From contig CM082581.2 of the NCBI GenBank assembly GCA_040954595.2, positions 14,251,350 through 14,315,349 on the forward strand: 64,000 nt of DNA, in the 5' to 3' direction. The notes under the pieces were generated by a model, which was not told the origin of the DNA, did no database searches, and was given only the letters and a program-made list of their open reading frames with translations. Of the stretch, positions 47,201-61,246 are shown piece by piece (within the stretch, counting starts at the first letter, position 1; the number at the start of each line of letters is the position of its first letter). The stretch comes from Balanoglossus misakiensis. Lineage: Eukaryota; Animalia; Hemichordata. Both the position numbers and the translations under genes were made by a program.

Positions 47201-50200
47201 TCTGTTTTCAAGTGAATTAAAACCAAAATGGCAGTCAAGAAGTGTTAGTTTGGTTTATGGTTTAGGCTGCTGGATCTTCCATTAGAATTCTCAAGGATTG
47301 ACAACAACAAGCTGGACAGTAAAACCAGTTATTCAGTATAGACACACAGTTGATAGGTTCATGAGGTTGACAGTAATCTGATCTTCTAAAGCAGAGGACA
47401 AATTGGCTAGCGATCCACAGGCAATAAAGCTACTTCAACATGGTTAGAAACTTCAGGACTTATAAGAGTTTCACAAGTCAAAGAAAAGCATAGCAATTTG
47501 AAATCACAAACTGGTACTTCATGTATGTAGATCTTGACAGAAATTTTGGAAAGTAGTAGTAGAAGACTTGTCAAAGAACTGATTTTGCACATAGGTCCTA
47601 CCTTCTGCAGGAGGTCTGATTGGACCACTGTCCACACTGCCACCGAAACCAGGTGAGGTACAGAATGGAGGTGCCCATTCTTTGTCACAATGACAATTAT
47701 TATTGCTATTACACACCTGAAAATGGAAAGTTGATGTTGTTTTAATGTGTGCATTACTCCAGGTTCATCATATGTCTCAGCAGGAGATATACACATACAT
47801 GTAGCTGCCAGTCGAGGGACTATCTATAAAAACCATCCTTTATAGACCATTCATGCCCATGTATATTACACAGGGACTGCAACAAAATGGCCACTATAGA
47901 CAGGTTTCCACTATACAGAAGTGGCCACTAACACAGATTGGACTGTAATGGACAAAATATCAATGTAGTACACAAATTAAAGTGCAGTATGTTAAATTCA
48001 AAGGGTGCTTTTGGTGTCATTGAACTACACAGCACAGAGATAGGAATATAAACACAATGATCTAGAGATCATATTATCCAAGCCAAACAAATACAGAGAG
48101 GGTACCCAATATTATGATCATGATGACTTGACTCACCCCATGGAACGAACAGTTGTATGGACACCACTGAATGCCAATCTCAGCAAAAGTCTGACATTTG
48201 TAATCAAAGCACATCTGTCAAAAGAAATGAACATCAAATGAGAACCCAATCCTGACCTGTTCCTGCTGCTCCTCATCCTCATCCTCATCCTCATCATCAT
48301 TATCATTATCACCACCACCATGTAATTCTAAACTTTCTTGTTATCTTGAAAGAGTGGGCTCAAATTTTCTTCTAGTACCAGTACATGCACAGTGGTAGAA
48401 CTATTGTCTCCCTGTACACATATGCCAGCATGATTTTTGCCTCAACATCCAATTTTTGTCGCACCAATACTTGCGTGAGTCTCACATACCTTTTCCTCAC
48501 CACATTTGGTACCAGGTTGAGACAAACCAGGATCTACCACATCGTCTCCAAGATCCACAGTTGCAGCCTTGCATTCAAACATTGTCTCGTCAATATACAC
48601 AAAACCTACTCTCGTTCTGGCCAAGGCACCCTTCACTGGATAATCATGACCATTTTGGCACATCAGTCGTCCACAGAGAACATCCCTAGAGAATCACAAT
48701 AGACATTAGTTTCCGTTGGGGGGGGGGGGGGGGGTAATAGTAATAAGATTTTCACTTCAATTTATACACCAACCAAAGATTTGTGATGAACCGTGAATTA
48801 CTACTACGAATATTCTATTTATGTACTTACTCTTCAGCACATGGCCGATAATTGCCATCACCATCTACACCACAGTTCCCCAGAATTTCACCTTTGATAT
48901 TTGCTTGTTCATAACACAGTTCAGGAGAACTAGACGCATCTGTTGAAATAATAACACATTTCAGTATATTCCACAACAAAGGGTTATACACAATATACCA
49001 GTGGCAATTGGTAAGTTTCATGGTTTGTTCTGTTTAACGGTATTTTTGTTTACCAATCCATGACATTTTTTAACCTTATTTTCCATTTGTGACCTTTCAG
49101 TTAAATGACAGACTCTGTGATCAATGGCGGAAGAAAATCAAATCTAAATTCTTTGAAAATGATCTTCATGCTGTCTGATCGTGACACAAATTATTTCCTC
49201 CAGATAAAATCAATCATAATTCAAGAACTATTTCCAACTTTCAAATGCATGAAACTTATATGAATGTTTGAGTATAAAATGTCCGAAATGTTTGGCTCAA
49301 AATCAAAATGTTCAAATCTACATGGATAAAGTCACAACACAAATAGAAACATTGCTCTTACCGCCACCCCATAAGTCACTGCACTGTTCATCATGCGTCA
49401 TACATGCACCATAAAAACAATAAGCATCCTCAGTATTGGCACATGGTTGACCATTTTGTCGGTAGACATTGGCAGGACACTGTGAAATCGAGAAAGTTCA
49501 AGATGGGTAAAATGTTCCCAGCACAAATTATGAATGAACAGACATAGTTTACTATCCATGATTAAAAGTATTTTAATGTTCCAGATGATTAATACTGACA
49601 ATATAATTGAAATGACAGTTTGTCCCCTGCTCATTTACCCACATTACTAGTTCTGGTTGGCTGACTAGGGTAGACTGCGTAAACTTCTCATGTTAGCTGA
49701 CTAACTTCTCATATAAAGATATAAAATACCCTACCTCTGGAGTGTATCCACGGCAATACTCGGGCAAATCGCATTCATTGACCATATCTCTGCACATTGT
49801 CCCCGCTGGCTTCAGCTGACAATCTTCACAGCATTCACCATCGGCACAGGTAGCGTTGGCTTGCAAGGTACAGTTGTATGGATTACAACACAGGTTATCA
49901 CATGACTGTAAAGGCAACAGAAAGATACCGCTTACAGCCACAGTTGTAGAACTGCTGCCAGCCATGTGCTTTAATTCTACTCCATTCTTATAGACAGACA
50001 GCAACCAATGAGATAAACTTCACAATACTTACATCAACATCACCACAGTCACACTCCTCTCCTTCTTCTCTGAATCCGTTGCCACAGAACGGCCCTCCGT
50101 AGATTTCTGTGGGATAATTAAACAAACATGCCCCCAGACCCTTCTCTAATCCTGCTCTTAAATCGGCCACACTACAGGACGACCATTCTGTTGGAGGAAT

Positions 50201-53200
50201 AGTTCTAAATGACAGAAAGAAGAAAGGTGTTAATTTAATCACGAATTATATTAATTTCTCCAAATTATTTCTTAAAGGATCGCTGCATCATTTCTAAGTA
50301 AAGGCTTCACCACTGGAGGCGCTATACACCACATCACTTCTGGCTCTGCAGGTGACACAATAAATATATAACACACAGTACAGTGTTCTGAATAAATCAC
50401 TGCACCTTTTTGTTGTAAATGTCTGTAGATACACGAGTTTCCATCAAATGCAGCAGCAATTTAGCACTAAAAACCTAACACACTCACCCACTGGCAGGTT
50501 CCATGATGCAGCCAACCCTCTGAGGGGCCGTGCAGGTACAGTTCTTATCCAGGTCGTCATGGTACAAGCCAATATTATGACCAATCTCATGAGTCATCGT
50601 CGAGGCTACATCAGCTGCATGCAAACCATGGTCCTGTGCATGCAAATAATGACAAATGTCCATTACTCTGATACAGTGCGCAGAAAGGCGGATGGATTTA
50701 TAAAAAAATATCTTGTCAAACTGAAAATTAAATTATTGAGATAGTAAATTTTGTTTTACCAGCTGCTACTTTCAAGTCGTTCACTCGACACGAAACATAA
50801 TGATTAATTTTAAAGAATGATGCACTGTAATTTTGTGTGCTGTGTAACTGTGAAAGCAGTGTGACCTGTCACCATCTTTCATTTATTATTGACGGGTGGG
50901 ATGAAAATTCTCATAAATTCTTCAAAGCAGATATATGCAACATATATGATATATCTCACAGTGACATTAACAGTGATAGCAATATTATAGGTATTATGCA
51001 CATTAACCAAATGATATGAGAACCTAAGAATCCACCAAATGCAATTACACCCCAAAAAGGCAGCTATTGGGACTGTACCACACCGTGAAAGAACCTCTCT
51101 AGCTTATTTTTTAGTTTTTAGTCAACTGATTTTGAGCCTTCAAATTAACATTCTGCATATCATGACCTCTCACCTCATTCACACCACCTGATCTCTCTGA
51201 TGAACACATGCCACCTAATGATGCCATACCAACCGTGTTACCTTCAAATGTGCGCCCCCTGCAAACAAGAAACATGCATCATAAATGCTGTGCCCATATT
51301 TACTTTCATTGTCTTCACACATATATGCAACACTACATGCATCTTTATATAAGAGCACATAATCAGGATCAAATTTCCATCATAATGTAATGTACAGCAT
51401 GACATAAGCTTTACAGAAAATAGAAAAAGATTTTGAAATGGGAAGCAAAAGAACTAAAATCTGTCTTAACTAAACAATGGAAAGAGGAAACATTTCAATT
51501 TATAAAAAGACAGGTTTTCAGTCTTTTCAAACATAGTGTTGAATGATAAACCCAGAACAAGGATTCAGTATACAGATTCTAAGTGTTCTGTTTATTATAT
51601 CAGTAACATTTTCAGTTGCCCTCGGTGCATTTATACCAACAGTAACTTACGTGATAAGCTGAGCATTGTCATTATAAACTCTGGGTAACAATTCCTCTTT
51701 TCTCCATGTCTGAAAGTTGTCCATGGTTACTGTTGGATTACTGCTAACATCAATCATATCACCACTGGACCACACCTCAACACCGATCAAAGCAATTCGT
51801 ACATTCAGTGGTTTATAGTGCTGGAAAATTAAAATCATTTATAATTTAAAATAATACTGTAACAAAATCTATACCCCAAGTATGAATTATTTTTTTTTAC
51901 TCGGATATTTAGTAAGAACTAGGCAGAACTCTGTGGCCCACATTTAAGTGTCAGGAAACGTTGTGAATGTTTACATTTCCAGTGTTATCACGCAGAACCA
52001 TTTAATTAACAGAATGCTTCTATCACTATGGAAACCTGTACTTGAACCGAGACTCGCAGTCGCACAATTTAAGGAAGTAAAGTTTATTAACTTCATTCAA
52101 CATGATATACAGTTCTGGTCTTTAAATACTAAACTGAAACGGAACGTGTGGAAAGAACTGCATTTGTTGTTGGCAAATGTTTGGTTTTTCATTTGCCAAT
52201 TGTTCTGATCAAAATTTACGTACATACTATGTAGAATAGATACCCATGACAAGGATATACACTTACAGAATCTATCAGGTTAGCAATTTCCTTGGATCTA
52301 TCAAGGACACTGTCTATATCATTTTCCATATATTGGAACTGCAGGGAAAAACAGAGATTAAATGGAATGACATTGGTATTTATAACACAAAGCGGCTCAT
52401 GTGAAATCAGGTTCAATGTCTGTAACATTTTACTTTCTGACATTCACACTTGTTGCTCACAAAATCCTTGATACCTGTGAGGTCATTCTATTCAGCTGTG
52501 GGTGGGTCAAATCACGGGACCCCCAAAAGCCAAGTACGCCGATCTGATATCGTTTGAGGTTGTTGAAGTATGTACAATGAAGATTAAAGAAATGTACTGC
52601 TTAGCACAAAGATTTTACATGTTCAACCAGGGCTGGTGACCCTCACCACATACATGAGTTTGTATTTTGAAGTCATTGACACCTGATGCAAAAACAAGGC
52701 CATTACATGCATAGATGTCTCCAATGATATAGACTTCATACCTGGATGGCCTTCAAATTTTACATTGGAATTTTACAAAACACACTTCCTCAAATTAGAT
52801 AAATCAAGATTAATACATGTAATATCAGTTCCTCATAGACATCAACATAAACTTTGATGTTTTCATTGATGTATAGATTTACTATCTGATAATGAGATAT
52901 ATCATGAAATATGTCTACAGAGGGAGTCTATTAGTGGTTATTTAGTGCAATGTTCTGCAGGTCTTCTATGGATGGCAACCCTGACAAAGCCTGGCATTGA
53001 TTTATCTATCAATCAAGTGAGACGTACAAACAACAAAAGCAGCCTTGCATTATTTTCAATGTAAATCCCGGCAGACTTTCACTTTGCATGTACACACACT
53101 CAACAGGGTATGTTGACACAAAATTGAAATAAACTACTTGGAAATTTTTCATTTACTCTACACTGTGTTTACGCTCAGAACAAGTCTCAAAGGCGACCTC

Positions 53201-56200
53201 TGCAATGTATATAATGGAATTACATAAACATGTTTTCCTTACCTCTCTCTTATCATTCACAATATAGAGTTCCACAAATTTGGTTTCTGTATGGACGTCT
53301 CGTTTCACTCTCTTCATTTCTGATAGTTTTTTCATATCTTCTGCAAATACTTCATTAAAGATACTGTTTTTGTCACCTAAAAATAATAAATTTTACACAT
53401 TGCTATAAATAGTGGTGACATTATGAAAACCTTTTAATGAAACAATGATTATCTATAAAACTGGCCATGTCATGGCATATTTTATAATTCTCTGCGCTCT
53501 ACTTAAGAATCAAGTGATTTAGTAACAACCATATTTTGTAATTTTCATACCCAGGGCATTTACACCACTTTCATACAATACACTTTTTGCCCAGGGGTAT
53601 TACTAGCAGAGAGTCATATTTGAATTTCATTGATGACTTTTGACAACAGGGTCAGTCCTTGGAACACATGGCACACTTCCTGGACGTGACTGTTCCCCAT
53701 TTATACAATCTACACATGCTCAGGGACATCATATTATGGACTGCTTTGTTGGAAAGTGCAAATTATTGGTGTACTGGGAACAAACTGTACCACTCGACAC
53801 GGATATTTGTTTAAACTCCAATAAACAGTGTTCCGAGGACTGTCATAAATTCCTTTCACATGAGACACGTTCCTGCACACTTGGTTATTTTTGGATGACA
53901 TGAACATTTCAGTAAATGATAACTGTTGTATTGTGGTTGATCTGTGCGGTTATACTTACCACACATGGCCTTGTGGGGTCGCTTCACATCCTGAGCCTTG
54001 TAAATGAGATGCTGATTTGAAAAAGCATTTTGTAAAGGTTCCACATGGAAGGTATCGCCATCTATTGATATCGAACCACTGGGGGAAGAATGAAAACAAC
54101 CTCCATTAGATCAGAAGATGCATTTTGTAGCTTTTTCCTGTTGTATGTACCTAACTGTGAAGATAGTGGTACTAAGTATAAACCAAACACAGGTGGAATT
54201 AACTCAATAATTAGCTTGTGCAAAAATATTCATGTAAAATATCTCACGACATGCCGTGCCTGAGGGTCAATTGAACAAAAATAAACCTATCCATGACAAC
54301 AGTACACAGCTCCTGATCACACAATGATGTATATTTCACACAAATCATTTGGCTCTTCTCTGCAAACATAATAACAAGGCTTTAGATATTAAATTGGCTC
54401 CACCTTATGCGCACCTGTTTGTTGATTGCTATCAGGTGATAAAACTCCAAATATTCATCAAAGACTATTTTTCTATTCAAATTTCAAGAGTAATAAATTT
54501 AATGGATCTTTCAAGCGCTGGAATGTTCATTCCTTTCCCATTTTGTATATTTCAATATGTATTTTATTTGTTCTCAGGTCATGACCTGAATAACATTAAT
54601 GGCACTACTCAGCTGGCTTCAGTCAGCTGTTGCCCTGACCAGCTTTTATTTTGTAATCACTATTTATGTGTGTAATTGTAACTGCCACACTTTGTGCCGT
54701 ATACCCTAAATGCCATCATGTGTTTAAAAATGTGTCTTCCAAGCTTAAACATGTCTCCTAGGGGAGTCAGTAAGTCTAATTCTTTGCCATACCACTCTAG
54801 GATTTATTTTCTGGTCGTCAACAAATGTGGTTCAGGATCTATCCTTGCTATTTTAGTACAATTAGCAATATAGCCGGGACTGTGCTAGCATTTCAGGTGC
54901 TGAGGACTTAATGCTGCAGTTGTTAAAACACCCAACATTGCACCTAGCTACATTCATACTCCAACATCATAATACAAATGTACACTACAAAGTGATGATG
55001 TGAAACCACAGCCAAGAAGCCAGACTTACCTAAGACCATTACAGGTACTCAGCACTACACTGGATACATTACTATCCCTTACTTCTCCATGATAATAACA
55101 ATGATTCCGCTATAACATATAAAAAATAACATCTCTGTAATCAGCAAAGCAATCAAATGTATGCACTTCATTTAACAAACACCCTCATTCAGCATCTATC
55201 AATTGCACAAATGGCAAATATTAAAAAGCAAGCTCTGCTTTGATGGATTTGAGATGTCTAGCAGTTACCGGTACTTACAAATATCACTTTTTATGTGACT
55301 ATCTCTTGACATTTAATGTATGAAAAATTGAGAGTGTGAACTCAATAACAAATTTGATATCAGAAATGTCACGCATATATATACATCAGCCAGTGTAGCT
55401 TAAAGCTTAAAGCCAAATACAACATTCCACTGACGCAGAAACATTCTCTTGTGACGTTAAGAAATTATTTTAAATTCTAAATGTAAAGATACAGGACTGA
55501 TGCAAAGAAAATTGTTAAAAACATCAAATCTCCAATTTTTCTGGAAAAAAAAATTCTCTTACACACTATGTTCATCAATAGCTCTCAATACACTGATAAG
55601 TACCGGTACACTGTAATCAGTGTTCTCCTTTTTATTTTTCTCCTTTTACCGGTATATGACCCAAAATTTTGATCCAATATAATTTCATGGTCCAAGAAAT
55701 TTTCATTTGATTCTCATAACAATCAACTGTTATCAGCAATGCACACAATTCCTGCAGTACTTGCGGTGTGGATAATAAGAAATTCTGACAAGTATGTAAC
55801 TTTTTCAATATGTAGTCATAGAGATAGCATCTTCTCGATGTGATGCTTCAACGATAATGCGATTTGATCAAATCTTTTTGTTGAAGAAACATGATTTCAC
55901 ATAGCTACCAACAACATTTTGGGAAAACGAAGAAAAAATATCATTGTTTAATAATTTCAATAGCACTGTAAATCTTACCCTTATGTCAGGCTTTTTGGTA
56001 ACAAGTGTTCCATCTTCTAGATAATATCTTTCTATATAATTTGATGGAAATAAATTTCTGTAGAAAGGATAGAACATAAATATGTTAATACATATATGAT
56101 ATTATGTGACTTCATCTTGAAAGTTGCACATGTGCATGCTTACGTGCCTACAATCTCCTGTGTGTACAATGTACATTATCCTACACAGAATATACAATGA

Positions 56201-56709
56201 TCTAAATGGCTAGCTTTGAAAAATCCAGTTTTATAAAATTAAATGAATTGGCTGCAATGTCTGTGTTGTGTGAATGGAAGCACATTCTATCTCTATTGCA
56301 TGCAGTGGTAATTTACCTTCATGCAAATTACTGAAGATTGACATTCTCAAATGCACCCAAATAGCGTCCATAATTAATTGAATTAGACGCGTGTCATATT
56401 TATCACCCAGCTATACTGAGGAACTGTCATGTAATCCAACAAATCAATTCTCTTTCAAGGTTCTTTAATTATTTAATGAGAAGAGAATTTGACAGCTGAC
56501 CCAGTTGTTAAATATGTCCTCACAAGTAAAAGTGCTCTTTATAAAATGTCATGAGAACATAAAACAGAAAGTTAGATCTGACGTATGAGAAGTTTTTTTC
56601 TTATTCACACACAGTTACTCTACAAATTAAGTCAAGGTTTTGAGATTATTATGGGAATAATGCAATTAAACATTATGGTCTTATGGTTTAAGAGAAAATT
56701 CTCTGTCTC

Positions 56710-56744
<35 letters not shown>

Positions 56745-59700
56745 GCCTGCATGCATGCATATCCATACATCCTACACAGTATAAGTAATGGCAATTTCAC
56801 AATGGACTTGTCAAAACAATCCATTGAATCAATTACCACCACTACAAGTACACTTCAATACTGTTATTAAACTACCGGTAGTACATACCCATTTATATTG
56901 TGTGACCTAAATCTAGAGTGATACAGATCATTAACTTGATAAAAAAATTAATAGAAAACAAAGGCTTTCCATCACATAAACACTCAATGTCAACAGCAAC
57001 GAATGCAGAACCACAGGTTGTATTTTTTTTTGCTGTTACACTCTGCTCATGATTTACCAGTTCTTTGATTAGCTCCTGCTTGCAGTCACAGGGTTAAAGC
57101 AAAATTCAAGGAGCCACATAGAAATTAATCGTGTTTTTCCAGCTGCTGGCTGTCTCAGCTGATTTCATAACAACAAACAGATTCTTTGTTTATCACCAGA
57201 TGTGTTGGATTTCACTCCCAGACACATGAGACAGTGAGTGGCAGTGTTTGGTTGGTTGAGTGGAGCCATCTGTAAGCACTGCAATGTCAGATAACAGTTT
57301 ACCCGCCCCCAAAGTGAGGTTAATTGAAATTTTCCATCATGCACAATGTAAACACCATCAGTATGTATTTATTTGTCCATTACACTGTATGCACTGAGGA
57401 TAGCTAGACAGTCATCTACATATATGTACTTGGTCACTGGCTTCCAACAGTGGTATTTAAATCTTCTTGAATGCAATCTACCACAATCTACCTGAGTGGA
57501 TTGCCACATATCAGTTCAAATATTATGTATGGTGTATTGCAGAATCATAATAATATTACAAACATTATCAACATATTATGTCATCATTCATTTCTTAGTC
57601 CAGGTTCTGGCTGGTGAGTTCAGGTTTTGCAAAAATTGACAGAACAGGAAAACACCATCAAGATTCTAGACTTATACTGATCAATTGTCATACATGTTCA
57701 TCTTCACTGGCCAAGAGATATTCATTAGGGCAACCACTTCCCTCCTTCTCTGGGTAGGAAGAGACTATATAGGTCCTCCTAAACAAGTCTATGAATTGGA
57801 CCAGTCATTGTCTTTTCACATTTTTGTTTTTGTTTATCCCATGGCACTGACCTTTAACCTCCACTGCAGCACACTGGGAAATCAATTTTTCAATGCTACA
57901 TCTATCGGCGGTAATAAATATGAACTAGTAGTATAGTAGAGTAATGGCCTTTGGCAGTGTGCAAGTACAGGCTCCCAAAATACATTGCTTGTTTAAATGA
58001 CACTGCAATTACAATTTTGTTTCATCAGTGATGGAAGATATCAATGTGCAGTTTCTGGAGTTCTGCCAGCTCTATGTAGATGCGTCAGACACGAAATAAC
58101 TACTGAATACAAGTCTAGAATCTAGCCTGGCATTTGGTGAAGCCGGCTAGACATTGCATCAATCCATCCTCTGGCATATCACGATACATGTTATCTGCAT
58201 ACACATAATTGCCTCCACGTCGATGCAACATAAATATTCACTGAAATGAAAGAAGCATCTCATGAACGCTGTACATCTGAATTTGTATTTGATCCCTTCA
58301 CAACTTAATCTAGAATGTAGATGTTGATCAGTCATATGAGAGGCTCTTGCTCTCCTCTAGCGTAAGATTTGCGAGTGGTATTTCGTAATTTGTGAAATTG
58401 TGTTTGTGTATTGAAATCACAGTGCAATGCAGGGTTTTATTTTACTGGTTTCTTTAAATACCCACCACATGATCATGTTCATGGTGGTATTTCCTTTTAC
58501 AGAGTATCACAGTAGATCACTAAAGATATTTTGAACATCGATCTTTGTTGGGTAAAAAGATGAGGAAAGAAACTTCCGTCAGAATTCCAACTGTGAGAAG
58601 AGTCCCACCACGACTGACTTCCTGACCATTGTCCAACTGTCGTCAGTGGAACTAAAAAATATACTCGACTTAAACGGCCACTTAAACCACTAGTTCATGT
58701 ACTGCAAAAGTAATACCAGTAACTTACAGCAAAACAGACAGGCTTATTCCACAAGCACAAGATATGTTTAATACATATTGAAGTATCTGGTTGCTTAGCA
58801 ACAGGCCTGAGACATTCCACTCCCTCATCCATCACATGATGTTCCCGGTCATAGCAGTTATTCAACCATGACAATCATGACATGGGGACAACCATGATGA
58901 TGGCTTGGCAAGCACACTGTCTGTGTGTTCAGATTACACTTCAAGACAGACCACACATAGAGAATGGCGTCAATTGGTGGTTCTATATATAAGCAAGACC
59001 CAAATCATTTTCACATCAGTCTTTCACTGATGGGTTTCATATACATACCACTTTTTCATTTTAGAGCATTTGATCAAACTCATCTTTATTTCAAGCAAGT
59101 GTCAGAGATACATGGATTAAATAACATTTAATAGTGGCAAAACAATTACTAAATCTAAGTTTCCATATTTCACCATAAGTACATTTCCATGTGAACATGT
59201 TATGTGTGTATATGTGTGATAACAATATCCTGCATATTAGGATTTGAGTGCCTGATATGTTTCTGTTTACTTCAACTTTTATATTATCAAAGGCTTCTTT
59301 TAGAGTACAGTGGTTACAGACTCAGAGGATCATATTGTTTTGAATTCTATATATTCATTGTCCAACAACATCACTGGATTCTTTCTTCATCAGAAACTAC
59401 AATGTACTATCAACCAACTAGATGTCTTCTCTGAAACTACACATGTATGTAAACCAAGACCTAATTGGTCTTTTTTCTTTTATAATTGTGTTCATACATT
59501 ATTCATGCCAATGTTGCTGTATTTTGCCAAGGTCTGTTGAACTGTCAATATGAAAACATATATCAGCTGCTGAGATTAACCCCACTATCAGCAGGTGTTT
59601 AGTCTCCAGGAGTATTTGTCTATCTCCGGTTACACGGACTTTTGAACAATTTACCTTCATTACGCGTTAACAACTTGTCCATTTACAAAATAAATTGCAG

Positions 59701-61246
59701 GTATCGGCTTTTGACAAGTAAAATGGAAGACAAATGGGGTAATCTTTGTTCTGCAGCATGTTTGAAATTGCAGATGATATTTCATGGCATACGTGTACCT
59801 TGTGTTTTTGACAACTTTCCCCTACAAACATTTAGGCCAAGAGATAATGTAATTTTTGTGGTAGTGTGTTTAATTGGGACTCTTTAGTTAATAACATGCT
59901 CTTTACAAAAAAAACTCCTTAAACATCATAGATGTTTCTCTTTCTGTTGTCTATGATTTTAGATAGCATTTTGAATTGCAGAAAGGTCAGGTGGGGTATG
60001 CGAGTATAATATCAACTCTCATACAATATTTATGCTTTTCGAAACATGTCATCAATCTAATGCATTTGCCCTTTCACTTGGTAATTCAACCATGTATTTT
60101 TTTAAGTGCAGGTGTCTGAGAAACCACACAAGTAGCGACAGCACCAACAACATCACAGAGGTGTGAATGTAGAATGGAGGTATGAAGGGGTTGAAAACCG
60201 ACGCCAGGTTTTATTCTTCATGAGGTGTGAAAAGGCCTGAGTGTGTAGAGCAATGCAATTTGTGAGTCTGGGTGAAATTTTTGAAACTGCTGCCTTCTGT
60301 GACCCTATGGCCACCCATATTTGCTCAAATCTGAGTCAGTTTTCACTGACATGGTTGGACCAACACACACTGACATAGGGGAGACAGTTACATGTAAACC
60401 AACAGAGATACATGTAGGGGAGCAAAGCAGAAAATTTGGTTAACCCAATTCATTTTTGCCCGCCCCTGTGAGATGGTCGGCCATTTTAGAGGGAAATGAA
60501 ATTATCAGTATCAATTACTGTCAAACTAGACCACATCCTACATACCACAAGAGAACGTGATAGCATACTGCCACTAAAATATCTACACCATCACAAGCTG
60601 TACACGAATTTGCTTTCCCTGTGTGACAAACTATCCCTGTAATTCATCCTTATTACTTGGGATAGATCATGGTTATAGTGGCCCGGCAGATATTTTTATT
60701 GAACAATCTATATCCATCAATATAGCTAATAGCAAGTCTTAATGACTTCGCTCACAAGCCTTTGTCAACAGAGCACTCTGGGACTCCATAGACCATTCAC
60801 AGCTCAATTAGAATCAATCTTCGCAAATTTATATGCTAATTGTTTTGTAAAACTGTGAACGGTCTGGCCCACAAATACAGCAATAGCTAGTTATTTTCGC
60901 TATCAATACAAGGACACCTGTCCTTAACACGCATTTTCACCAGGTTATCTCTGTATCAGGAACAGATTAATTTTGTTTTGTGCTGAAAGTTATGTTGAAT
61001 AGAATTTTTCCTGTCTATATTGGACGCTTCCTTATAGACAGGCTTTGCAACTGCACATATTGCAACATGTTCCTGATTCACAGTAAAACGGAAATGTGTT
61101 ATAATAGACAGGTTTGACAACACGTTTTATGAGAATGTGAACACACAGAATCCATAATGTGATACTTACTCATTTAACTGGACATCTAGGATAAAATCTT
61201 TACCAAACGCTTCGAAGACAAAGCTTGCTTCTCCTAAATGACTACC
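44226..61246 (-). CDS. ADAM metalloprotease-disintegrin (ADAM12/19/33-like), 5'-partial; ~893 aa encoded within the window
   Basis: Exons 61246-61170, 56057-55979, 55109-55030, 54078-53960, 53376-53243, 52338-52267, 51820-51651, 51258-51174, 50633-50488, 50204-50033, 49905-49735, 49479-49362, 48939-48831, 48685-48490, 48214-48137, 47716-47602, 46416-46315, 45630-45495 (TM) and 44748-44226. Features: prodomain (HCYYHG, LSTCNGL, Cys-switch AMCG), furin site RVKR, zinc motif [12 protein letters not shown] with CIM Met-turn, disintegrin loop [14 protein letters not shown], Cys-rich and EGF domains, GGSVDSGP, and a Pro-rich tail. The signal-peptide exon is not in the window. Confidence 0.95.
44877..45223. 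mobile_element. Kolobok-like MITE with long TIRs and TTAA target-site duplication, last ADAM intron
   Basis: TTAA|AGGGACAAAGTCTC.CTCTCGCTGCCCTTTTCCCATTAATTATGTTTGATACAAGACA..TATGTTAATGTACATGT ... mirrored at the right end ...GAGACTTTGTCCCT|TTAA. Inverted arms are ~80 bp. Confidence 0.85.
47805..47947. mobile_element. Fragment of a Tc1/mariner-type MITE (…ACTGTA end)
   Basis: Repeated subterminal units TGGCCACTATAGACAGGT / CCACTATACAGAAGTGGCCACTAACACAG ending GGACTGTA. Similar ATAGACAGG units recur at ~61035 and ~61105. Confidence 0.4.
48270..48321. repeat. Compound microsatellite (CCTCAT)n/(CAT)n/(CAC)n
   Basis: cctcatcctcatcctcatcctcatcatcattatcattatcaccaccaccat, in an ADAM intron. Confidence 0.8.
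56701..56748. repeat. (CTGT)n microsatellite
   Basis: ctctgtctctctgtctgtctgtctgtctgtctgtctgtctgtctgcct. Confidence 0.85.
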